Of a stretch of 64,000 nt of DNA, positions 1 through 8,861 are shown piece by piece. Numbering within the stretch: the stretch's first letter is position 1; the number at the start of each line of letters is the position of its first letter. The notes under the pieces are model-generated. The model ran no database searches and had not been told where the DNA came from. It saw nothing but the letters and a program-made list of their open reading frames with translations. Made by a program: the position numbers and the translations under genes. This stretch comes from a virus, in the IMG/VR virus record IMGVR_UViG_3300032431_000003, positions 13,926 through 77,925 of that record, one strand, 5' to 3'.

Positions 1-188
1 ACTCTCCTAGTTCTGCTCGGCAAGATACGGAGGGAGGCAAGCCAACGATTTACCACGAAGATCACTGGCAGACACTGCGGCATCTTGAAGAAGGAGGCTG
101 GGATATTTCCTTGGTGGAATCGTCGAACTTCTTTTTCGGCTCGACAAGGTAAAAGCACTGAAGTTTAACTAGATTAGTAGGAGAGATT

Positions 189-875
189 ATGTTTGCAAAC
201 ATTAATGAGTGGAAAGAAGAGTTGAAGGAAAACAGCAAGCGCATCGCCTACGAAGTGGCAATGGAAAGACCCTCAAAGGACACCGGAAAGGCTGGCTGCT
301 CTTACTCAACTACAGAGGTTCTTTGGAGTAGAGAACTCGAAGAGAAGGCTGTTCAAAGGATATTCATTAAATCGCTGGGCAAGGAGATCGAGGTAATTTC
401 TCCCAAGGTTCTCAATGAGGGATTGCCCCTGGGCTACAAGATGCAGTGGCATGAGTCGTACAGGAAGTTGAGGAAGGAGGTTTACAATCCATATTTGCGT
501 AACTATTCTTTTGATGAATTCTTGGTCATTATCGAAGACGGCAAATTACTGGAAGATACAATGGATATCTGGCTGGAAATACCAAACAACCCCAATGATT
601 ACTATTCGGATGAAGATGGTAACAGCCCAGCAGTCTGCCACGAAGAGTACTGGGAAATCCTCTGGGGCATTGATGACTCTTGGGACAGTTGGCAAGAGGC
701 TGTCCGAGAGTTCTTCCATTCAAAGGTAGATGAGGCAATGAAGGCGAGGCTGTCCTCAAGGGGAGAGTTAGACCGACCTGAAGCTCTTGAAGTGGAGATT
801 GAGAAGCTGGCAAGGCTGATTTATACAGAAGCCCAGTCTAGATCGTCTTCCACCAAATCCCCCCGACTTGAGTAA
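189..875 (+). CDS. hypothetical protein, paralogue of 7635..8300
   Basis: 228-aa ORF with GGAGAG RBS; shares IxVIxPKxLN...MQ(W/F)HxS and HEE(Y/F)WE motifs with 7635..8300. Confidence 0.75.
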   Translation: MFANINEWKEELKENSKRIAYEVAMERPSKDTGKAGCSYSTTEVLWSRELEEKAVQRIFIKSLGKEIEVISPKVLNEGLPLGYKMQWHESYRKLRKEVYNPYLRNYSFDEFLVIIEDGKLLEDTMDIWLEIPNNPNDYYSDEDGNSPAVCHEEYWEILWGIDDSWDSWQEAVREFFHSKVDEAMKARLSSRGELDRPEALEVEIEKLARLIYTEAQSRSSSTKSPRLE

Positions 876-1833
876 ATTCGTCATCCAGAGGGTCAACCCA
901 AGTAGCAACAATACCCCCGCCCTTGAGCGTCCTTGCCCACACGAGGACATCTCTGGCGGGGTTATCTGTGATTAGAGCTTGAAAGAAGTTTGGGTAGTAT
1001 TCGTAATGTAATGGCAATTTGTCAACCGTGTCGCAGGTATCGCAGCCTACAGAGTGGATCAGTGTTCCTCCCAGCCATTCAGGGCAGTTGATCAGCATCG
1101 CCCGACCCCAGACACTCTCTTGGAGGAAAGCCATAGCACTCCAGTCCCACGCACTGCTTCCTGCGATAGCGTTGAACCCATCGGCTTGACGTTGACTCAA
1201 GATAGATTGGTGTTGATAAAGTAGATCGCCAATGACTGACTTAGCAAAAGGTAGAGACGACAACCGTGTAGAACTTGCTCGAAGTGTTGAACTACTGATT
1301 CTCGTAGAACACATTGGATAGTCAACGTGAGCCAAGGTGTCAAGGATTAACCATCGATCAGTTCCTCCTAGTAATCTCCGCCCCATCCTTGCTAGTCCTT
1401 GAGGAGCTTTGACAACCATCTGATAAAGTAAGTGCCGACTAAATAGAGCGGCATCAATAGTTACCGGACAGGCTCCCGTAGCAATCTCTTCAATAACCGT
1501 CCGGTTCGATTCACAGTTGATGACTACCTCCGTCTCTCCTTGTCGCTGAGAATCTAAGTACATTGGTCTCAGAGAAGCATTGAGACAGTCGAAGTTCTTC
1601 GTTGGATAAATCCGGCTCCCCGGTGTTATAAACTGAACGTAGTCGTCTCGAATGTCGGCAATAACTTCAGCCAAGGGCTTCTCAACGCAAACTTCGCCAT
1701 CAAAGCTTCCTTTGCCCCAATTGAGAACCAAGACGTTCACCGGAATCACTGACTCCTTGGCGTTAACAATGCGTGACTTCGTTTCTGCTTCGTTTTGCCA
1801 ATGTGGAATACAAACCGTAATACTGTAGCTCAT
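838..1833 (-). CDS. divergent glycosyltransferase family 2-like protein
   Basis: N-terminal GT-A strand SITVCIPHWQ and DYVQF motif; start placed at the second Met (1833); C-terminal LKGGGIV weakly resembles a methyltransferase tail. Confidence 0.55.
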   Translation of the reverse strand: MSYSITVCIPHWQNEAETKSRIVNAKESVIPVNVLVLNWGKGSFDGEVCVEKPLAEVIADIRDDYVQFITPGSRIYPTKNFDCLNASLRPMYLDSQRQGETEVVINCESNRTVIEEIATGACPVTIDAALFSRHLLYQMVVKAPQGLARMGRRLLGGTDRWLILDTLAHVDYPMCSTRISSSTLRASSTRLSSLPFAKSVIGDLLYQHQSILSQRQADGFNAIAGSSAWDWSAMAFLQESVWGRAMLINCPEWLGGTLIHSVGCDTCDTVDKLPLHYEYYPNFFQALITDNPARDVLVWARTLKGGGIVATWVDPLDDEFTQVGGIWWKTI

Positions 1834-2545
1834 GGATATCCCCGTAACAATCGTCATTCCCTGTCATAATAGCTCAGAGACAATAGCCAAGACTATATCC
1901 GCAGCGATAGGGCAGGGCTTCTCTGAGGTTATCTGCGTGAACAACAATAGCACCGACGATACTGTTATTAAGTTGGAAAAACTCCCAGTGCTTATCGTAG
2001 AGGAAAAGCGACAGGGAACTACCTGGGCAAGGAGAGCCGGAGTTGCTTGCGCCGAAACTCAGTGGGTTGCAGTGATTGACGATGACATCGTGTTGGAGAC
2101 TGGTTGGTTGAAATCTATGAGGGATTTCATTGAGAACGTGGCTCCTACTGCCGTGGCTGTTACTGGACACGTCTATACTCCATTGCCTCCTCATCTGCTT
2201 TGGGCGAGGTCTGTGCTGGCTTGTAATTGCTCAATAGATACCCAAGAATACTATCGACATTCACAACCTTTGGGGTCGGCTACGTTTGTTCGCCGTGACA
2301 TTTTTCTAAGGCACACTCAGAATCCAGTGCTGGTAGGCAGGGACGACATCAATGGCACTCTCATTGGCTGCGGTGAAGACATCGAAGTTTTTACAAAAAT
2401 AATGAGAGCCGGAGGCAGGATGTTCCATAACGCAGAAGCCAAAGCTCTCCATGAAATCGAAGAATGGCGCAAGGATTACAACTACTTGATGAGGCTAAAA
2501 ACAGCCTATTCAAACAGGAAATACCTTGACACTTATTGGACCTAA
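1832..2545 (+). CDS. glycosyltransferase family 2
   Basis: VTIVIPCHN, VNNNSTDDT, ARRAG, WVAVIDDD (DxD) and GEDIE motifs of GT-A/GT2. Confidence 0.9.
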   Translation: MDIPVTIVIPCHNSSETIAKTISAAIGQGFSEVICVNNNSTDDTVIKLEKLPVLIVEEKRQGTTWARRAGVACAETQWVAVIDDDIVLETGWLKSMRDFIENVAPTAVAVTGHVYTPLPPHLLWARSVLACNCSIDTQEYYRHSQPLGSATFVRRDIFLRHTQNPVLVGRDDINGTLIGCGEDIEVFTKIMRAGGRMFHNAEAKALHEIEEWRKDYNYLMRLKTAYSNRKYLDTYWT

Positions 2546-5034
2546 AACCATGCGGTCGTTGAATGAACAATAAAGGTTGAATCCCCTCGCTCCTTGCCTA
2601 ATGGGTGGATATCCCTCGTTTCAGGGTTATTCCACGAGAAGCTTCCTGATCCGGTAAATTTTCCCGAAAGAATGACCCCTATCCCTTCCCGATAGCAATA
2701 ACTTGCCTCGCTGCTGGGGAAGGCGGAAACAAGTATTCTCCCGTTGTCGTAAAAGCAGTACGCTGGATCACCCAAAGGTCTAATTACATTAAGGAATGGG
2801 GTTTGATATTTGTTGGCGGTATCAGGCTGTGGTTGCTGTATTGACATCGATCTAGTATATGGATCAGCTAAGTCAGCGTACCCCAGAGACGGCAAAGTTA
2901 AAAGCCCAGTAAAGCCGTTCAAAGAAAGAGCGAGTGAGGTTGCTCCAGTGTTGTCTATTTTCCCAGTGAAAACTGCCGAGCCAGTGAGAGGCTTTGGCTG
3001 CGCTGCCTCACTAAAAGACATGGATTGAATTGAGATAACGCCTGATGACTTGCCGCCTACTACCGCAGCAGAGGCAGCGGAAACAGAGTGAATCGTTCCC
3101 AGCGTAAATACCGAAGAAGGGACTCCCGGAACCGAGGAAGGATCGGGTAAGAAGGAGGCTGAAGGCATCTTAATTAACAAGGTTGGCAACCCGTTGAGTT
3201 CACCGATAGACCTGCTGTATTTTGGAGACTCAGGATACTCCCCTACTCCAGAGTATTCAGACTCAGCAGTAAAGAATGATGGGCTTGAGTAACTAGTTCC
3301 AACTTGACTTAGTACAGACACAAATCCTAGTGGAGTTTCAACGTTAACCCCATTCCAGTAAATTTCCTCTTTGCGATCATTGTCCATCTGAGTGTATCGG
3401 AAAGTTAGCCGATCTCCTCCGTTAATGCCGACGGCGAGGCACACTTCTCTACTTTCCCTTGCAGACAACGTTGGTGGATCGACATCAACTTGCGTTGAAA
3501 CGTCGGTAGAAGAGCAGGAAGCCGTTGCTCCACGGTCAACCCAAGACTCGCCTCGATAGCTGTAAGTAGATACAGTTGTCATTGTCAATCCAAGCGCACC
3601 ACTGGCGACTCCAGTACCAACAACCTTGAGACTGATAGTCCCCGGTCTGTCCGAGTATTCCCCATTGTTGACAAGGAACGACAAAGTGGTCAGATCGTAG
3701 CCACCAGAAATTGTTCTCGTGACTCCACCGGGGATTACAGTGTCGTAGGAAGGAACCGCACATGACACAATCACTCGCACAGGAGTTGCTGGCTGGCAAA
3801 TACGTGGTCCGGGTACGCTTTCCTCAGAGGGAGTCGATGGACTTCTCTGCCATCCCCATCCCGAAATGGCGTAGGTAGTACCGTAGTTAGTCAAAAAAGG
3901 GGCGGCATATTCTAAAGACCAAAGAGTATCCCCTACTTGCCACGACACAACCCCCGCATACAGGTTACTAACCTTGCTTGAACCCATGCTCGGAGAATTA
4001 AACCGTCCATCTCGAACTGTGGTTTCCCCAGTCACCGGAGGTATGTTCCCCAAAGGCAGCAATGAATCAATCTTTGATTGAGGGATGTCATCGATCCAAG
4101 ATCGTCCCCCTGCGCGAATAATTGCATCCCTGTAGTCCTTGACTTTTTGCCAAGCACCCTTGTCACCATGTAAGCCAAGGGATGTCTCCGAACTACGATG
4201 CACTGTCACCGTTGTCATGGGACCATTCACGCACTCACCAGAACGCATCCGAGTGTCGTAACAGACCTCCGCCTTCTTTATTGTCCGACTCTTTGAAATG
4301 TTTATATCCTTGACCTGCCCAGTTCCCAAAACGAAGCTAGGTCTATTTACCGTAAATGTAGATGTCTTTATTACGGACTCCCCTACCGACTCTACCACTT
4401 CAGACGTATCCATTGTTGGCGCAATGAACGTCCCCGCACTCCACATCCCGAACCCGTTGTAAGTTAATAAAGGGAATATCTCATCCGTTGTATCCGTCCA
4501 ACTCCTCTTTCCTGACTCTGTAGCGGTAATATGCCAGATGGTAACTGCCGTACCTGCCTGAAGAGCCAATGCTACCACCCACTTGTCTTCGCCTTCTCCG
4601 GTAGCACTGATATACGCTGCCTTGACTACGCTAGACTCGCTGGTTTCATGGACTTTCTTTGGCGACAATCGATCACCGCCAATATAAAATACTCGACTGC
4701 CGCCCACTATCTTAGAAAAAAGTACTTTTATGTACTTTCCACTCTTAGTGGGATTGTTTGCTCTTGATTGGCGGAAGGTCGTTGTTTGCTGGGAAATCAA
4801 TGTACTAGCGTTTCCCGACATGGCAATGTATGTGCCGTCCTCAAGTCGGAATAGAGAACACTGCCCACCAGAGCAGTCATTGCCAGCCTTGGCGGTCACT
4901 GTCTTGCCATTGGGTAACTTTGCTGTCACCGTTCCCCCGGTACTCGCTGAACTGGTTAGTTGCCCTAGCTGAAAGTTGCTTTGAGAATCAATGAGCTCTT
5001 GGAGCTTCCGGGCTACGCTATCTTTGCTTGTCAT
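2542..5034 (-). CDS. putative minor tail/structural protein
   Basis: 830-aa Ser/Thr/Gly/Val-rich ORF with beta-strand-like composition on the structural strand. Confidence 0.55.
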   Translation of the reverse strand: MTSKDSVARKLQELIDSQSNFQLGQLTSSASTGGTVTAKLPNGKTVTAKAGNDCSGGQCSLFRLEDGTYIAMSGNASTLISQQTTTFRQSRANNPTKSGKYIKVLFSKIVGGSRVFYIGGDRLSPKKVHETSESSVVKAAYISATGEGEDKWVVALALQAGTAVTIWHITATESGKRSWTDTTDEIFPLLTYNGFGMWSAGTFIAPTMDTSEVVESVGESVIKTSTFTVNRPSFVLGTGQVKDINISKSRTIKKAEVCYDTRMRSGECVNGPMTTVTVHRSSETSLGLHGDKGAWQKVKDYRDAIIRAGGRSWIDDIPQSKIDSLLPLGNIPPVTGETTVRDGRFNSPSMGSSKVSNLYAGVVSWQVGDTLWSLEYAAPFLTNYGTTYAISGWGWQRSPSTPSEESVPGPRICQPATPVRVIVSCAVPSYDTVIPGGVTRTISGGYDLTTLSFLVNNGEYSDRPGTISLKVVGTGVASGALGLTMTTVSTYSYRGESWVDRGATASCSSTDVSTQVDVDPPTLSARESREVCLAVGINGGDRLTFRYTQMDNDRKEEIYWNGVNVETPLGFVSVLSQVGTSYSSPSFFTAESEYSGVGEYPESPKYSRSIGELNGLPTLLIKMPSASFLPDPSSVPGVPSSVFTLGTIHSVSAASAAVVGGKSSGVISIQSMSFSEAAQPKPLTGSAVFTGKIDNTGATSLALSLNGFTGLLTLPSLGYADLADPYTRSMSIQQPQPDTANKYQTPFLNVIRPLGDPAYCFYDNGRILVSAFPSSEASYCYREGIGVILSGKFTGSGSFSWNNPETRDIHPLGKERGDSTFIVHSTTAWF

Positions 5035-5081
5035 AAATAGTTTAAGTTGTTCAATCCAAGAAGACGAAGGAATCGAAGATA

Positions 5082-5417
5082 TCAGTTTTCCAGATTCGAT
5101 ATCTGAATTGAGCCGGAAATCGAAACTTGAATATCTTCTTTTGGCTGATCACTTGCTTTCCATCCGCAAATCCTCAAGCCTTCGGCTGAATATTCGATCA
5201 TTCCCTTAGCTCTGAATTTGTCCAAAGCATAGTCCCAAGTCTCTGTCGATATTCTTATTCTCTCGCAGATAACACGAGGCTTTAAGTCAACCGTCCCTTC
5301 GGGTTGTCCTTGACTAGCTAGGCACAAAACCTTGAACCAGATAAGTTGTTCAGAATCGCTCATTGTATCCGTCACCGGATTATCAATGAATTCTAAGTAT
5401 AGCTGCGACCATCTCAT
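5082..5417 (-). CDS. phage replisome organizer N-terminal-like domain protein (short)
   Basis: WSQLYLEFIDNP..MSDSEQLIWFKVLCLAS followed by a winged-helix-like segment; only 111 aa. Confidence 0.55.
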   Translation of the reverse strand: MRWSQLYLEFIDNPVTDTMSDSEQLIWFKVLCLASQGQPEGTVDLKPRVICERIRISTETWDYALDKFRAKGMIEYSAEGLRICGWKASDQPKEDIQVSISGSIQISNLEN

Positions 5418-5463
5418 AGGAAAACCTTGTTAAATTAGAAGCCCCGCATCTTCAGATCGGGGA
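5415..5463. repeat. dispersed ~50-bp element with CCCCG/CGGGG hairpin, copy 1
   Basis: aligns by eye with 56875..56924; hairpin resembles IS200/IS605 subterminal hairpins. Confidence 0.7.
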
Positions 5464-5475
5464 GTGCCAAGGGCT

Positions 5476-5649
5476 TCATCTCCAAGTTGAACTTTGACTA
5501 GAGATTACTTGCCCTGAACCCAGTGGGATTTCTCGGACAACGTTGCCATCATAGAGTATCTGTACCTTGTTGCCGAGATCTTTGTAAGTAAACCTGTCTT
5601 TGGTTATATAGTCGAACTTCTTTATCAGTGAATCAGGGGTGATATTCAT
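5476..5649 (-). CDS. small hypothetical protein (57 aa, below ORF-track cutoff)
   Basis: ATG at 5649, MNITPDSLIKKFDY...STWR, TGA at 5476; preceded by GAGG. Confidence 0.45.
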   Translation of the reverse strand: MNITPDSLIKKFDYITKDRFTYKDLGNKVQILYDGNVVREIPLGSGQVISSQSSTWR

Positions 5650-5662
5650 TGGGAAACCTCGG

Positions 5663-5671
5663 TGGTATAAT
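5663..5671 (+). promoter_or_regulatory. extended -10 promoter (TGGTATAAT)
   Basis: perfect TGnTATAAT upstream of the 5761 ORF, followed by a hairpin at about 5685-5714. Confidence 0.6.
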
Positions 5672-5760
5672 TAAACCACTAGTCCGGCGAAGGATGTTTG
5701 ACTCATCCCTGCCGTTAATCAACTAGCAATATTTTCACCCGTAAGAGGCGGGTTACTTCT

Positions 5761-6501
5761 ATGACTAATATAGTACGCTTTGATGACTTTGTTGACCCTG
5801 AAATCGAAGTTAGCGATGCTGGTAATCTGGATAGTCGCTACTGGACCAAGGAAGAGTCTGACTTTTTGGAATCTTTAGTGGGAGAGTATCCCATAGAACT
5901 CTTGATGGGCAAGCTGCGGGAATACTGGCAAAAAAATGGAATGCGAACCCGAACGAGAGGTGCGATCAGGGTCAGGATTCATAATAAAAAACAGAGCACA
6001 AGGAGCCAATTAGACAACTACTCCCAGAGGCAACTAGGCGCACTGCTAGGAATAGGGCGCAAACGATTAAGCAGGATATTGGTTGAGGTGAAGGGTTTGG
6101 TTAAGCTCTCTAGCTGCTCCGCTATCTCTCGGAAGCAACTGAAGAAACTAATAATGGAACGTCCCGATTTGTTCGCTGAACTGGACGCTGACGCTCTCTA
6201 TTTCACGATAGGGGGAGAGAAAGAAAGCCCAACATTTTTTAATTACTGCAAGCAAGTATCTTCTCTTCTCTATACACGCCCCAACACCCCAAGGCGGGTG
6301 AGGCTCCTGAATACGGGGGAAATATTTGACAGCCTGAGTTTGGCATCCGCAGCTTCATTCTGCTCTAGACATTCCATTAGCAGGGTGTTAGCTAAGAAAG
6401 TAGAAAGTTCTTGTGGGCTGAGGTGGGAATATGTTGATCGCACCCAAGCGGACAAACCAAAGATTGATACAATCTCATCAGCAACCAAGGTCTCCTTATG
6501 A
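5761..6501 (+). CDS. putative DNA-binding protein with C-terminal NUMOD1-like domain
   Basis: N-terminal WTKEESDFL (Myb/HTH-like); C-terminal TGEIFDSLSLAS...SISRVL...GLRWEYV. Confidence 0.55.
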   Translation: MTNIVRFDDFVDPEIEVSDAGNLDSRYWTKEESDFLESLVGEYPIELLMGKLREYWQKNGMRTRTRGAIRVRIHNKKQSTRSQLDNYSQRQLGALLGIGRKRLSRILVEVKGLVKLSSCSAISRKQLKKLIMERPDLFAELDADALYFTIGGEKESPTFFNYCKQVSSLLYTRPNTPRRVRLLNTGEIFDSLSLASAASFCSRHSISRVLAKKVESSCGLRWEYVDRTQADKPKIDTISSATKVSL

Positions 6502-6755
6502 ATTTATTAGAGGTATTGATATTAATAAATTCAGGGCTTTCTAGTAACGACAAAAGCTCTTTGCTTATTTATCATAGTTGTGATCAATCCGTACCAGCAG
6601 GGGCAATTCCCTATGGGACTGGGTTCCCAAAGTTACCTTGGTACTGCCCTTTATGTAAAAAGTCTGTAGATAATTACGCTGAGTTGTCTTTTGATATTAC
6701 GGTCGAAACACTTGATCTAGAGGTGGGTGCGATTGTCCAAGAAAACAAAGACTAG
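6498..6755 (+). CDS. hypothetical protein with HxC/CxxC metal-binding motif
   Basis: ATGA coupling to the upstream gene; YHSC and YCPLC motifs. Confidence 0.55.
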   Translation: MNLLEVLILINSGLSSNDKSSLLIYHSCDQSVPAGAIPYGTGFPKLPWYCPLCKKSVDNYAELSFDITVETLDLEVGAIVQENKD

Positions 6756-6812
6756 CCTCGTTCCCCAAGGACAATTATCTCTTTCTTGGTTATGCTTTGG
6801 GGTCGTAAATTC

Positions 6813-6852
6813 TGGTAAAATATTAGAGCGCAGATGCCTGACAAGCATCTGC
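6813..6852 (+). promoter_or_regulatory. extended -10 promoter (TGGTAAAAT) followed by leader hairpin
   Basis: TGnTAAAAT at 6813-6821; GCAGATGC-N7-GCATCTGC at 6830-6852. Confidence 0.55.
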
Positions 6853-6880
6853 TAACCAATCAACCTAAAACACAGGTATC

Positions 6881-7579
6881 ATGGCTAAGAATAATTCTAC
6901 ATCAAGAGCAGTCGTAGCTCCAGTTAAGATTGGACACATCAAAATCAAAGGGTTGATGCTTCCAGATGGGAGCTTTGCGATTGGAGTTTCACAGGTTGCA
7001 AGCCTGTTTCTGATCGACAGCGAACAAGCCTCTAGACGATTCAAAGCCTTGCTGGGAGGGGATTTCCAGTTCGACAAGGCTGCTAGTGAACTGAATCCCA
7101 AGGCTGTTAATATCTTGACACTCCCTGAGTTTGAGTTACTCATCCAAAAGCTCGATCGGTCAGGGAATATCCCCGCACAAGAGTTTAGAGACTCACTAAC
7201 TGGTCTCGCTCTTCATCAACTTTACTGCGATGCTTTCGGCGTGAAGTTTGAACAGCAAGATCGACAGCTATGGCTAAAGGAGCGTCAAGATGGCAAGTTC
7301 TATCGCCGATCACTCACCGACGCTACGAAGTACCTCATCGATCAGGGTGAATCATTGAATTACGGCTACATTACCTTGCAGACCTATGAGGCGTGCCATC
7401 TCCTCCTTGAATACCGTGCTTACAGAAAGGAGATCAAGGACAGTCGCTTCCGAGATACCCTAGGTGATATTGATCTGCGGAAGATATCAAAATTCGAGGA
7501 ATTAACGGCTGACTATGTTTTGGTGGACAATCTACCGATTGATCAGTCAATGGCAAAAGCTGCCAGGTACATTCGTTGA
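6881..7579 (+). CDS. putative DNA-binding/antirepressor-like protein (P63C/KilA-type N-terminus)
   Basis: IGHIKIKGLMLPDGSFAIGVSQVA N-terminus and C-terminal RRSLTDA motif, recalled from cyanobacterial mobile-element proteins. Confidence 0.5.
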   Translation: MAKNNSTSRAVVAPVKIGHIKIKGLMLPDGSFAIGVSQVASLFLIDSEQASRRFKALLGGDFQFDKAASELNPKAVNILTLPEFELLIQKLDRSGNIPAQEFRDSLTGLALHQLYCDAFGVKFEQQDRQLWLKERQDGKFYRRSLTDATKYLIDQGESLNYGYITLQTYEACHLLLEYRAYRKEIKDSRFRDTLGDIDLRKISKFEELTADYVLVDNLPIDQSMAKAARYIR

Positions 7580-7634
7580 CACTACAACAGCAACGTAACC
7601 AAAGCAAAGGCTAAGAAAATACAGGAGCAAAAAA

Positions 7635-8300
7635 ATGACAGTAGTACAAGTAGTACGACATGAAGGCAGCCACTGGACAAAGACTTTTACAATAGTATCA
7701 ATGGAAGGGGCTGAAGATGTTATCCGCACTGACAGAGATGGGACATACAGGGTTAAGTGGACTGAACAATTAGAGCTAGACAACACCATCCAGATCGAGC
7801 TTCCCGGAATCCCTGAACCCATCTCTGTGATCGCACCAAAGATTTTAAACGCTCGATTCCCGTCCAGAATGAGAATGCAGTTTCACCCCTCTTGGCAAAA
7901 GCTCCGAGACAACTTCTACGACCGAACCAAGCCCGATTACACTAATCACGAACTTTACCAGATTAGTGGGTACAACTCACTTATTTGGGAGGCGACCGGA
8001 ATTCTCCTATATATGCCTAGCGGTGGTACGCCGGGAATGTGGGCGGGTGACTACAAGGAGATCGTTGTAGTCCCTGAACACGAAGAGTTCTGGGAAGAAG
8101 GCGGCGGAAGGTACTATGTTTGGGATAGATGGGGCGATCTTCTGCAAGACCTTATCTCAGGAGAGCTCAGAGACTTGATTGACGAAGAGAAACTCCCTAG
8201 GAGTTATGACGGCAAGCCCCCGGACATCGAGGCTACGTTTCAACTTTTGGCAGAGAGAGTTAAGGACAAGGTAGCCATGTTGGACGAGTGGGAAGACTAG
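7635..8300 (+). CDS. hypothetical protein, paralogue of 189..875
   Basis: AGGAG RBS; shared motifs with 189..875. Confidence 0.75.
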   Translation: MTVVQVVRHEGSHWTKTFTIVSMEGAEDVIRTDRDGTYRVKWTEQLELDNTIQIELPGIPEPISVIAPKILNARFPSRMRMQFHPSWQKLRDNFYDRTKPDYTNHELYQISGYNSLIWEATGILLYMPSGGTPGMWAGDYKEIVVVPEHEEFWEEGGGRYYVWDRWGDLLQDLISGELRDLIDEEKLPRSYDGKPPDIEATFQLLAERVKDKVAMLDEWED

Positions 8301-8391
8301 GGGGCAGATTCTGCATACCTCATATCTGAGTAATGTAGAATCCCTCGAAATCAAGGAATTCCCGCAACAGCTAAAACAAGGAGAGACGAAG

Positions 8392-8859
8392 ATGACCACT
8401 AACGAATTAATTCAAGAAATAACTTCCCGTTTCGCTGAACTCAAAACCCTTCCGGTGACTAATACATCCGCAGTAACTATACTACGAAGATGGCTAGGGC
8501 AACTCAATGCTTTGGATAACAATGCCGAAGCTAACAGTCTAAAGGCTGAGATTGACAGTAGAATTGCCTTGTATCTGTACGTTGGGCAGAAGGTTTCTCT
8601 CAGAGGACAGTTCAACTATGACGGCGAAGTCATAGATATCTTAGTCACTATCACTGAATTCAGGGAAGACCCAAGCAAGAGAGATCAGATGCTTGTTGAC
8701 TACCGAATGGATAAAAGAAGTGTCGGCTGCACCCTTCTCGATGGGGCGGAGACCATGCTCTCGCTGGGCAAGGGGTGGAAGATCGTTTATCACGTTGAAA
8801 CCGAAAGAGATGCTAACCCCGTCCTAACTGTAGAGCGAATAGTTCCACCTCAAAGTTAA
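8392..8859 (+). CDS. hypothetical protein
   Basis: AAGGAG RBS, 155-aa ORF. Confidence 0.7.
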   Translation: MTTNELIQEITSRFAELKTLPVTNTSAVTILRRWLGQLNALDNNAEANSLKAEIDSRIALYLYVGQKVSLRGQFNYDGEVIDILVTITEFREDPSKRDQMLVDYRMDKRSVGCTLLDGAETMLSLGKGWKIVYHVETERDANPVLTVERIVPPQS

Positions 8860-8861
8860 CT

